DNA of 64,000 nucleotides from Octopus vulgaris (lineage: Eukaryota), in contig OX597834.1 of NCBI GenBank assembly GCA_951406725.2, positions 33,232,001-33,296,000 of the forward strand. The letters run 5' to 3'. Shown in pieces: positions 25,756 to 38,676 of the stretch. Made by a program: the position numbers and the translations under genes. Position 1 is the first letter of the stretch. Every line of letters starts with the position of its first letter. The notes under the pieces are model-generated. The model saw nothing but the letters and a program-made list of their open reading frames with translations. It was not told the DNA's origin and did no database searches.

Positions 25756-26139
25756 TGTTGCCACCGTCCCCTCCACAACCACAATCCACCGCCATCATCA
25801 CTACAATTAAAAACCATTTATTTATCTCATAAAAATGTCTTTTATCTCCCAGGCGCTGCTAAACCCCTTCCCCTTACACACTCACACACCTCCCAACAAG
25901 TGTATGTACAGGAGGAGGTGGGGGGAGGTTACCTGTGATGCGTTAATTTCCCTCCACCCACCCACCCATCCATCTACCTATGTATCTACCCCCTTGCCGT
26001 AACTGAAGGGGTTGAGGCAGGAAGGAAGAGAAGTGAGGTGAGGGGTGGGGCAGCTGGACCACCATTTCATCTGCAGTGTTGCACGCTTCAGAGCATCATA
26101 TCGCACACATCAAGGGAGCCCCTTGGAGAAGTACCTGGG

Positions 26140-26747
26140 GACGGGAGAGGGTGGAGACAGAGTGGAGAAAGACAAGAGGGATGTGAAGGGGGAAGAAACG
26201 AAAGAGGGGGAGGGACAAGAGAGAGACAGGCAAAGTGACATCATCAAAGGGAGGTGAGAGAGAGATAGAGATAAAGAAAAAAGGTAAGAGAGATTTTAGA
26301 GAGATATGGAAGGGGGTGAGGCAGAGAAAGAGAGATATATGAAAGAAGAGAGCAGAGAGAGTGGGAGGAGAGATATAGAGATGAAAGGGAGAGAGGAGAA
26401 AGATGAAGAAAAGATAGGTAAAGCAAGACCATCAGGAGAGGGAGGGAGAGGGGGGCTAAGAGAAAAAGACATTTTAGAGACAGACAAACAGACAGACCGA
26501 AAGCTGAAAGATAGATGAGAGGGGGAGAGGGGGGAGAGGTGAGACGGGAAGAGGTGACAGAGAGAGAAATAAGATGGAGAAGGGAGAAGTGGGAAGGAGA
26601 TAGAAAGAGAAGACATAAGGAGAGATAGAGGGAGGAGAGAGAGAGAAAGGCAAAGAGAAAGAGGAAAGACACAGAGGTAGGAGAGAGAGAGAGAGAGAGG
26701 CGAGAGAATGATTAAAAGAGACATTTAAGAGAGAGTGAGGAGAAGAA

Positions 26748-26782
<35 letters not shown>

Positions 26783-26830
26783 TAAAGAAGAGTTAAAGAA
26801 ACAGTAACGAGAAAGAGATAGGAGGGGGGG
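26140..26830. repeat. Polypurine (GA-rich) low-complexity tract
   Basis: About 700 bp of almost exclusively A/G on the + strand. Confidence 0.9.
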
Positions 26831-28121
26831 GCAGACCCCTACTCCCCAACCACCACCACCACTCCCCACCCCATGTTAAAATGTGTCTGTTTGCAAACTA
26901 CAAGAAAGAAACCTGCAGAATATATTATTTAAAGGGAGGTGGGCAGGGCTGGAAGAATTGAGAGAGAGAGAGAGAGAGATCTTTGATGTGGTAGACACCT
27001 GGTAGACATCTGGAAAACATGGAATTCCTCCAGTGGGAACATGGCTCCGCTTCACTCTAATGCACCATTATCCAGTCACACACATCTACGGATTTATAAG
27101 TCATAGAAACACACGCTCACGTGCACACTCCTACACATATATCTATCTTGAAGACTCAAGCACGCGTACACGCGCACACACATTCTCATACAGATACATT
27201 CATCTTGAAGGCTCATATGCCCCCACACACACATACACACATAAACACTTCACATGTCTTCCAGGCACACACAAACCTACACAAGACATCTTACAGATAC
27301 ACATGCACACACACACGTTCACAAATACACCTATCTTGGATGGACACACACACACACTCCTTGATACCATCCACCCACTCCCACTATCAACCTCCTCCCA
27401 TACCCACAACCACACCACCTCAGGGACAAAAACACTACATATTTCACCATCTTAAAATCCTTCAAGTTACCCCCCCTCCTCCCCACACACACATATACAA
27501 GGAAGACACTAAGTCACTGGTTTTATCTGTGGATCCCTTTCAGCCCTATTTCCTTCTGGTGGACCCAAACCCTTGGCCATTTCATGCTTTAAAAATCCTA
27601 TTTTTATATTCTTTTACACTTTTACGTCTTTCAGTCGTTTGACTGCGGCCATGCTGGAGCACCGCATGGGGTTTTAGTCAAACAAATCAACCCCAGGACT
27701 TATTTCTTAAGCCTAGCACTTACTCTATTGGTCTCCTTTAGCCAAACTGCTAGGTCACAGGAATGTAAACACACCAACACCAGTTGTCAAATAGTGATCG
27801 GTGGACAAACACACACAAACACATACGCATTTATATACACAGGGTGTAAAAGGTATGGTCACCTTGGAACACAAAATAAATATCAAATGAAACACAGGTA
27901 CCTGTACATTATAGTAAACCAGTATAGATTATAAGAGGTTCCACACCATTGGTATTGTGTGTGTGTGTGTACATGTGTATGCGTGCATGTGCACTTATAC
28001 ATGCAAGCATGGCTGCATTTAACAAGCCCAAGTGTCTTCTACTCAAACTCTGGCTTCATGGAAACCTTCGTGAGTGGGTTCGGTAGATGGAGGCTGAAAG
28101 CTTGTCATGCATATGTGTGTG

Positions 28122-28153
<32 letters not shown>

Positions 28154-29512
28154 TACACAGAATGATATGCACGTGTACGTGCATATTCTTTTATTCTTTT
28201 ACTTATTTCAGTCATTTGTCTGCAGCCATGCTGGAGCACCACCTTTAGTTGAACGAATCAACCCCAGGACTTATTCTTTGTAAGCCTAGCGCTTTTTTTT
28301 ATCAGTCTCTTTTGCCAAACCTCTAAGTTATGCCAACCAACACTGGTTGTCAAGTGATAGTGGGGGGACAAGCACAGACACACAAATACACACACACACA
28401 CACGATGGGTTTCTTTCAGTTTGTATCTACAAAGTCCACTCACAAGTCGTTGGTTGGCCCAAGGTGCCATGCAGTGGGATTGAACCTAGAACCATGTTTC
28501 CTACCAAACAGCCACTGCTATATGTGTGAATGGAAGGAGTGTGTGCCCTTCAGTTGATGTCATGCAATTGTTGTGTAGGAGCTTCACCATCATGCAAGCG
28601 GTGTCCTTTGTTTCCAATCTTCTATGAAAACATCTCCGGCCACAGGGAAATATTACCTTGGTCAAAAAGGAAATAATTTCTCCCTGTGGTCAAGAACTGA
28701 GACTGATTTCAACTCGGTCAATTAAATCAACTCCAATACTTGACCAGTTTCTTTTATTCACGACCATCTCATATTTCATCGACCCTGGATGGCTGACGAA
28801 CAAAGCTAACCTCAGCAGGGTTTGAACCAAGAAACAACTAAGCATCAACAAAGCACTTGGTCCAACACCCAAGCAATTTTGCCAAAGCCCCTTGCCCCAC
28901 CCACCCACCCACCTACTCCACCCCATAACAACAACAACAACAATTTTTATACTTTCATGTGGGTCTGCAAAACATTTCTTCATACAAGCACAAAGAGGAA
29001 TAAGTAATTAACTAGGGGGCAATTTTCGTCCCCCTTGGAACAACGGCTCCCTAGGGTCTGATACATTATAACAGAGCCCTTTCTTCTGGGTTTGGAGAAC
29101 CTGTTCGGGGAATGAATTTCCATTTCTTTCATATCTTGAGTAAACACTTAGAAAACACACACACACATACATCCACAGTCACAAACACTCATTAATACAT
29201 ACATATATATATATACATGCACATACATATATCCAGTCTTAAACAAATTAATACATATATATACATACATGGATCCACAGTCACAAACACACCCACAATA
29301 CAAATACACATACACACACAGAGACATCAATACATAGATGTATGCATGTATGTGTGTGAAAATATATACATACACGCAGATGTATCCAGTCACAAACACA
29401 TTACCACAAACACGTCCTGTCACAAACATACACAAAAATTCACACATACTCAGACACACGTCTACAATCACATACACACATTAATACACATATAAACAGT
29501 CTCACACACATA

Positions 29513-29549
<37 letters not shown>

Positions 29550-29751
29550 ATAGGCATAGATTTTTCTGTTTACTGTTATTTTTCAAAGAATGGAATGGTT
29601 TTTCCCAAAAGGGGAGGAGAAATCTTTGTTAGACAAAAATGGTGGCGGAGGGTAAGTGAGATGGGGGGGTGAGGGTGGAAAGAAAAGAAGGGAAAGAGAA
29701 AGGGTGTGGGAGAAGGGGATGAAGGCAAGTGAAAAAGAGAGAAAGGAAAGA

Positions 29752-29805
29752 GAGAGTGAAGAGAGAGAGAGAGAGAGAGAGAGACAGTGGGAGCTGAGGG
29801 ACCAA

Positions 29806-29851
<46 letters not shown>

Positions 29852-30020
29852 TGTGTGTGTGTGTGAGAGAGAGAGAGTGTGTGTGTGTGAGAGAGAGAGA
29901 GTGTGTGTGTGTGTGTGAGAGTGTGTGTGTGTGTGTGAGAGAGAGAGTGTGTGTGTGAGAGAGAGAGTGTGTGTGTGAGAGAGAGAGAGAGTGTGTGTGT
30001 GTGTGAGAGAGTGTGTGTGA
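29752..30020. repeat. Alternating (GA)n/(GT)n compound microsatellite
   Basis: Directly visible. Confidence 0.95.
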
Positions 30021-30658
30021 CAGAGCATACAGATATATGTGAGCATGTAAGCACATCTAGATACGTGTGAGATTGTGTAAGAGCAGACAGATGTATGTGA
30101 CTGTGTAAGAGCAGATGTGTTTGTATGTATGATGCTCAGCCATGTAAGAGCACAAAGCTATGTGTATGTGTGTGTGTCTTTAAAAGCAGACTTGTGTGTC
30201 TGTATATGTGTCTGTATGTGTGTGTAAGTGCACACAAATTTGTGTGTGTAAGCGAAGACAGGTGTGTGTGTGTAAGTACATCTGTGAACATTTACTGTAT
30301 GGGTCTCTAATAGGACAGTGTATGGGTGGGTTAAACCAGCCCTTAAGAGGATCCCTCTCCCCTACAAACAGTGGTAGTTACTTACATAATATCAGACATG
30401 ACCCCTACAACAAGCTTTCCCTTGTATCGGTTACTTGACAACAGTCTTCGTGATTCTGTCTTTATATACACAAACATGCCATAAAATTAAACACAAACAC
30501 ACATACCACACAGCATACATACACAAGTGTATAATCACCCAGACAAGTGTATAATCACCAAATGTATATACATGCATGTATGTATGTATGTATGTAAACT
30601 ACAATCATAAAGAAGGATTAAATTTCTCTTGCTCCCTCTGATATGGCGAGCAGGAGCA

Positions 30659-30698
<40 letters not shown>

Positions 30699-32105
30699 GT
30701 ATGTATATATGTATGTGTGTATATTATATATATACATATATATATATGAATGTATAATATACACACATATACATATATACATGTACATACATATGTATAT
30801 ATGCATATATACATGTGTGTGCATATAGACATAAATATATACATTTTAAAATGTATACATAGATACATATGTTTATATACATGCATATATATTCATATCA
30901 CACACACACACACACACTAGCATCTCTTTAATTTAAAGATAAGACTACACTGATGAATAAACATTAAATATTTCTGCTGATTTAATCACAAACTATTTAA
31001 GCTATAAATAAAATGAGAAATGTCTTTTTTTATTATTATTATTATTTTCCATGTTTTTAACTTGACTAAGTGCAAACATGAAAATATTTTAATTAGCATA
31101 ATGCAATTAGTGACAGTGTCAACAATGCCACAAAAATGAAAATCACTAAAGTTTAGAACATTTTAGTTGAAACAAAAAAAGCAGGATTGTTAATAGTGGC
31201 CATGACATTCTGTCTGGGTGGCAGAGTCGTTAGCATGCCGGGCAAAATGCTCAGTATTTTGACTGTTCTTGCGTCCTGAGTTCAAATCCCACCAAGACTG
31301 ACTTTGCCTTTCATCCATTCGGAGATCGATAAAATAAATACCAGTTGAGCACTGGGGTCATTGTAATGTGACTTAACTGCTCCTGGGTATGAGTATAAAA
31401 CACTGCACCCCTCTTCCAAGACATCTTGATTCCAGGGTGGCAGAGTATGCTCATCAAACCAGTATGATCTCAAGCTCAAATTCACAGCCTCCACATCGGA
31501 CAATTGGTTGGTTGAGAGAACATGTTGAGGCCTTCGTCCCCGAGTGCACTGAACATAGGTGATCCAATTCCAGATCCGTACTCTAAGACAAACTATTCCT
31601 AATTATATGGTTGTCAGTTACCTGTTCTTCGTTAACATACAGTAAATGCATCAATATGCCCTTTCGTTAAGATTTTTTTGAGAGTGCTTATCGGGGATCA
31701 TCAAAATAGCCATTGGTGTCAATAACCATTTTATTACCACAGTTCTGTTGACATATGACATACCTTTGTTTTAAATTGATTTTTAAAATAATCAAGAATT
31801 TAGTAAAATAATTCAGTCATTATTAAGCTGGTGTCTAGAACAAATTAACAAAACATTTTGACAGATGATTATAATTCAGATCTCTTTAAAATAGTTTGTG
31901 GTCATAGAACCAGGCACAGACTCAAGCAAGTTGGTACCAGAAGGGGTCAGCACCAGTTACTACACGTCCCACTTTAATAATTATAGCAGTACTAAGAAAT
32001 CCATTTCAGCAGAGCAAATTTTCATTTTCTTTTCCCCCATAGTAATGCTTTCTACAATACGAACAAGGCCTGCAATTTGGAAGGAGGGTATAGTCAATTA
32101 CTCGC

Positions 32106-32340
32106 AAGGCGGCAAGCTGGCAGAATTGTTAGCACGCCAGGTGAAATGCTTTGTGGTATTTCGTCTGCCGCTGCGCTCTGAATTCAAATTCCACTGAGGT
32201 CGACTTTGCCTTTCATCCTTTCGGGGTCGATTAAATAAGTACCAGTTATGCACTGGGGTTGATATAATCGACTTAATCCGTTTGTCTGTCCTTGTTCGTC
32301 CCCTCTGTGTTTAGCCCTTTGTGGGTAGTAAAGAAATAGA
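32106..32340 (+). mobile_element. SINE family B, full-length young copy
   Basis: aaggcggcaagctggcagaa...ttcaaattcc (B box)...gcctttcatcctttcggggtcgattaaataagtacc...aaagaaata. Confidence 0.85.
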
Positions 32341-32384
32341 AATAGGTATAGTCAAATACATCAACCCCAGACTCCAGTCTGACT

Positions 32385-32750
32385 TGGCATGGCTTCTGCA
32401 GCTGGATGCCCTTCCTGACATCAACCACTTTACAGAGTGAACTGGATGTTTTTATGCAACACCACACAATTGCTTTAATGTCACAATGGCACAGGTGCCT
32501 TCTACGTGGCACCAGCACAGAACTCCTGCAGGCCAATCCTCTACACCAAGGGGACTGGCTTAAACACAACTGCTGCAAAGTACGGGTCTTCTTGATTACA
32601 GCAAGGCCCCCAGGCATTTCGGTCCTTTATCATCTTGTCTGAAAGGTTCTGTGTCCTGAGGTCGTCCTTCAGTACTTTGTCCCATCTTCCTGGGTCTCCC
32701 ACTTCCACGTGTTCCGTCGTCTTTGAGAGATTGGCACTTCTTTATGGAGC
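32385..32750 (-). mobile_element. RTE-like LINE relic: reverse transcriptase C-terminal segment plus 3' UTR
   Basis: Minus-strand peptide SIKKCQSLKDDGTRGSGRPRK resembles the RTE ORF end (..G.RGRGRPRKTW..). It adjoins the ctggatgcccttcct 3' UTR motif. A related relic lies at 39480-39920. Confidence 0.7.
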
Positions 32751-33607
32751 TAATTCTTTTATTTGTTTCAGTCATTTGACTGCGGCCATGCTGGAGCACC
32801 ACCTTCACTCAAACAAATCAACCCCAGGACTTATTCTTTGTAAGCCTAGTACTTATTCTATCAGTCTCTTTTGCTGAACTGCTAAGTTACAGGGATGTAA
32901 ACACACCAGCATCGGTTGTTAAGCAATGGGGAGGGGGACAAACACAGACACACACACACATACATACATACATATGACGGGCTTCTTTCACAATCTTTCT
33001 TTTTTGTCTCCAATTCTAGAATAAAGTGGGTGTGTCACACACACACACACACACACACACAGCTTGTTCATGCAGTTAACATTAAGTGGCTGAGCGCTCC
33101 ACAGACATGCATAGTTCCTAGGAAGATTCAGCATGACACAGAGTGCGACAAGGCTGGCCCTTTGAAATACAGGTGCAACTTAATTTTGCCAGCTGAGCAG
33201 ACTGATGTGATGCAACTCATGAAAAAGGGGGTCACAGGTGCCCACTTCCTTCCTGAGTAAGCCATTACAAATAAAAAAAAAACAAAAACAGAAAAGCAAA
33301 GGTCACAGAAGCAAAAAAGAAAGCCATTATGGAAGAGACAGTTGCCAAGTAGGAATAGAGAAGGGGTCAGCTTCTATGATATGATGTGGTGTGATGTAAC
33401 TCACTGCTGCTGAGAAGGGGAGAGTCAGGCATCAGTTCTGTTGCAACAGTATTCTTTGTGTCTTGAAGTCTTGAAATTGAACACAACACAGCTACCACCC
33501 AACCCACCGACCACCACCACGTGGGAGTGGCAGTCAACAAGTTAGCAGGGACAAGAAAACTTTCCCACAGTCTCAGAGAAATCTAGAGGGAGTGTGAGTG
33601 AGAAGAT

Positions 33608-33642
<35 letters not shown>

Positions 33643-34176
33643 GCATAGTGATACTTACTGAAGGGAGATGGGGACAAAGAGGCAGAAGGAGTGGTGGAAT
33701 AAATAGGGACACACACACACAGACTCTGAGATGAAGTGTGAAGAGAAGATGAAAAGAGACTAAGTTCAACAAGGGAGGGGACATAGAGACACACTGAGGT
33801 GGAGTGAGAGAGAGAGAGAGAAAGAAAGAAAGAGTCTGTGAGTGAAAGAAGGGGCAGGGATACACTGAAACAGAGTAAAGATAAAGTGACGGAGGGGGGA
33901 TTGGGGGACAACACAGCTGCTTCCTATTAAGAAGTCCAAAACATACCACCACCACTACTACCACCACTACCACCACCATCACCATTTACACAATTCCAAT
34001 CCTGTAGAAGTGAAAGGAGACCCCTAAAGTCTTCAGACAAGTTGGGTGGAAGAGAAGAGAGAAGTGGGGATTAAAATTCTTAGACTGAGGGGAGGGGGAG
34101 ATGGCCAGGAGACAACAGTGGGAGATTAGAAGATGAAGTGAGGTGGGTGGAAGGTGGGAAAAACCACCCCTTTACT

Positions 34177-34213
<37 letters not shown>

Positions 34214-34590
34214 TCTCCCTCCTCCTCCTACTGCCACCACCATTACTACTTTCTCCCAACAGCAGGTGGAGATGCTAAGAAATAACAGGAGAGAGATGCA
34301 GAGAAGGGTAGAAAGTAAATACCCTGGTCCTACTAACACCCTGTCCTCACACACACACACACATACACACACCCTTAAGCTTCATCTATTCTTCTAATCA
34401 TGAATTCTCAGAGTACAGCACCCACCCATGCCTCCATGAGACAACCCTTCACTCTTACTCTCTCTCTCTCTCTCTCTTCACCCCTTTCTTCCCCACAAAA
34501 CAAGAGAAAAGAGTTCTAGGTCATATATATATAAACACACACATATATACAGATATATGTATAAAATTATGTGTACACACACATACACAC

Positions 34591-34635
<45 letters not shown>

Positions 34636-35438
34636 TGTGCAAGCATGTGTATGTATATGTTGTGTTAGTGTGCATGTGTGTGTGTAAGAGAGAGTGTGCG
34701 AGCGCAGTAGACTCAATTTGAGAACGCAGGACATATCACATTTACCCCCAAGTTGAACATTAAAGATTAGCTTTTTGAAAGACTTCATATTACCATTTTA
34801 TTAGCATAATGTCTTCCCTACACACAGAGACAGACACAGAAGCACATCAAAGACACACACACACACAGATATGCAAACACACACACATAGTGACTTACTG
34901 TTCCGAGAGTGTTGTGGGGCAAACTAAAAGGATACAGGGTATTAATAAAACGAATAAACAGGCACAGACAAAGGGCTACAAGTATAGACACAAGCAGAGT
35001 AGCACAAACATAGCTTTAATGCCTTCTATCATTTTCACTTGTCCCAACTGTTGGACTGCGGCCATGCTGGAGCACCACCTTGAAGGGTTTTAATCAAACA
35101 AACTGACCCCAGTACATATTTGTTGGGTTTTTTTGGGGTTTTTTTAAGCATTGGCGCTTCTTCGATTGGTCTATTTTGCTGGATTGCTAAGTGAAAGAAA
35201 CATAAACCAAGTAACACCAGTTGTTAAGCAATGGTAACACGAGATAAACAGACACATACACACGCACACAGGACATACATGCAAGCATGGTTGTGTGGTA
35301 AGAAGCTCACTTCCCAACCACATGGTTCCAAGTTCAGTCCTACTGCATGGCACCTTCGGCAAGTGTCTTCTAATATAGCCTTGGGCCAACAAAAGTCTTA
35401 TAAGTGAATTTGGTAGATGGAAACTGAAAGAAGCTAAT

Positions 35439-35484
<46 letters not shown>

Positions 35485-36384
35485 AGCCCGTTGTATGCAT
35501 GTGTGTGTATATATACATGTATATATGTGTGTCTGCATGTATGTATACACACACACATACATACACACACAAAGGGCTTCTTTCAGTTTCCGTCCACCAA
35601 ATCCAATCACAAAGCTTTGGTTGCCCAAGGCTATAGTAGAATAAACTTGCGCAAGGTGCCATGCAGTGGGATTCAACATACATACATTCATACATATATA
35701 TGTATGTATATCTATGTGTGTGTGTGTGTGTATGCCTTTCTGCCTGTCTTTGTCACCATCAATGCTTGACAACTGCTGTTGACATGTTCGTGTCCCAGTA
35801 ACTTAGCGGGTCGGCAAAGGAGACCAGCAGAATAATTAAGTTATTTTACTAAATTCATTGTTATATTTAAAGTAATTGAAAGAAACACAGAGCATCTCAA
35901 CAGAAACACAGTAATGAGAGGGTTAAATAGCCATACCAGCACAGTCTTCTCTCTTGCACACTACATCTGATGCTACGTATACCCGGTTTAAATCGCTGAC
36001 ACTCTGTCATATATATACACACTAACATTATCTTCAAAAATAACAAAACATACAATAATTATTTGTAGCCAAAGTGTGTAGAGCCTGATAAATGTATAAA
36101 AGGGAAAGAAAGACAAAATGAGACAGAACATTCAATGTGTGTATGTGTGAGTGTATTCATGCGTATAGCGGTTCGGCAAAAGAGACTGATAGAATAAGTG
36201 CTGGGCTTACAAAGAATAAGTGCTGGGCTTATAAAGAATAAGTCCTGGGGTCGATTTGCTCGACTAAAGGCGGTGCTCCAGCATGGCTGCAGTCAAATGA
36301 CTGAAACAAGTAAAAGAGTAAAAGAGTAAAGAGAGAGTATGCAAGTATGTATACGTTGCATGTGTGTATAAAATATAGGAAGCG

Positions 36385-37315
36385 ATGTATTGTGACTATA
36401 CTACTCGGTAGCAGACTCGTTGCCCCAAGTCCTGTGTCACAATCTTTACTGTCCCACACTTCCACAGAAGGAACCAGCTACAAAACTGTCCTCAGTTTAG
36501 GTTTAGTTTCCCCTGTTAAGGTAACTTGACAAAATACAGAGTGTGAGCCCTGTTGAGTAACCTTAACAGGGGAAACAGTGTCCCCTATGAAGATAACTTA
36601 ATAGGAGACAGTGTGGATTACGGATGTTTTTTTTTTGTTTTTTTCAAAGACCATCATCAACAACAACAAAAACATAACAAAATTCGTTTAACCCTTTAGC
36701 ATTTAAACTGGCCAAATCCGACCCAAAATGTTCAACTTGTTTTATTTTTAAACCAGCCAAATCTGGCCTCTCGCACCTACCCTACAATGTCGATCAACAA
36801 TCACATCACTGAAATCTTGAAGCTTTGAGATAAATGCATCGTTAATCCAAACAATTACATTTGACAGAGTAATCTCAATGCTAATGGATGAATTTACAAC
36901 GTATCCTTTTGACTCGATGTGTTAGAAACACTTTGTCTGACAAGTCTATGGGAAAACCGGCTAGAAACAACAGCTAAATCTTCCTCAAATCACTTCCTAC
37001 TGACTTTAAAAAGTTACACTAAAAAATACTCATTCAAACTACATTATGTCTGAACAAGAGCTGGCTGCAATGGCAGATCAAAATTTTACTCAGTCATAGC
37101 TACCTAACCTCAACAATAACAATAACAAGACCATATGCTATTTCATTTCTCTTTAATGAGGCAAAACAGTAATTAATGCCCTAAATGTTACACTTCTCTT
37201 CCCCCCCCCCCTCACAAACCAATTTATTCCACATGATTAAATCTTTCCATCATCCACCAAATGACCCAGCACATTTGAACTAATGTAGCCTAGATTTTTG
37301 ACAAATGTGATGATA
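36385..37315 (+). repeat. Local duplication, copy 1 (paralogs at 38736-39420 and, partially, 40235-40346)
   Basis: Shared blocks: tgtgactatactactcg...tgccccaagt...tactgtcccacactt...ccagctacaaaactg, and tttcatttctctttaa...ccctaaatgttacactt...ccaccaaatgaccc. Confidence 0.85.
36506..36576 (+). other. 71-nt hairpin (26-bp stem, 19-nt loop), pre-miRNA-like
   Basis: GTTTCCCCTGTTAAGGTAACTTGACA pairs with TGTTGAGTAACCTTAACAGGGGAAAC, with one mismatch and two G-U pairs on the + strand. Confidence 0.5.
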
Positions 37316-37595
37316 TATATATATATATATCATTAGAGTCCTGTTTAATTCTACAAAAAATATGAAAACACAGGTGATATATATATATCTGTGTGCAGTG
37401 GTTGAGTGCTCCTTGCAGAGATTGACCTCTTCTTGTACCTATAATAGCTCTTTCCTAGCCAGAGATCTTAAATGACTTATCAGCCCTGAAACGCATTTGA
37501 AGAGCTGATCACACACACATTGCAGTAATAAAGTCTCATTTGATTGTTGGCTACATTTTCCACTCTATTATGAATGTTCAAATGCCACTTCAATC

Positions 37596-37646
<51 letters not shown>

Positions 37647-37792
37647 ACATAAATAATATATAAACATATGCATATATACATACATATATGTACATACCTA
37701 CATCTATATGTATATATATACATGCATATATGGGTACAGGACACCAAAAAAACGTTGAACACAATGAAAAATGAAAACAAAAACATATATAT

Positions 37793-38180
37793 ACTCTTTT
37801 ACTTGTTTCAGTCATTTGACTGCGGCCATGCTGGAGCACCGCCTTTAGTCGAGCAAGTCGACCCCGGGACTTATTCTTTGTAAGCCCAGTACTTATTCTA
37901 TCGGTCTCTTTTGCCGAACCGCTAAGTGACGGGGACATAAACACACCAGCATCGGTTGTCAAGCAATTCTAGGGGGATAAACACAGACAAACAAACACAT
38001 ACATATATATATGCATATATACGACAGGCTTCTTTCAGTTTCCGTCTACCAAATCCACTCACAAGGCATTGGTCGGCCCGGGGCTATAGCAGAAGACACT
38101 TGCCCAAGATGCCACGCAGTGAGCGAACCCAGAACCCTGTGGTTGGTTATCAAGCTACTTACCACACAGCCACTCCTGCG

Positions 38181-38182
<2 letters not shown>
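37793..38182 (-). mobile_element. SINE family A, young full-length copy
   Basis: Reverse complement of 46168-46550. Confidence 0.88.
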
Positions 38183-38229
<47 letters not shown>

Positions 38230-38632
38230 TTTTCAGAATGAGATAAAAAAAAAACCAAGGCTGTGAAGATTTTGGAACATTTATAAATAGGTCTTACAAC
38301 AGTTTCCAGAATATTCCTTATGTCCTCTCATCGGAGAAGGTGTGAGAAAATGGTTAAGCAATAGTTAATTTAGATAAGATACTTTCTGAGACCCAACTCA
38401 AATCCCATATAACACAGGCTATGAAACTTTGATGTGTGTTATTCAATATAGATACAAACATACAGGCAGAAACATGGCTGTAGGGTTACAAAGCCCATTT
38501 TACAATCCATGATTTTGCGTTTAGTACCACAGTGCAGCACCATGGACAAGCATCTTCCACTATAGCCCTGGGCCAATCAATTCCTTGTTAGTGATTTTGG
38601 TAGATGGAAACTGTGTGAAAGCCTGCCATGTG

Positions 38633-38676
<44 letters not shown>

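Noticed and set aside
36901-36910. U12 donor-like GTATCCTTTT on + (also GTATCCTTTA near 45273)
   Set aside because: No upstream exon, reading frame or matching branch box; repeat-derived context.
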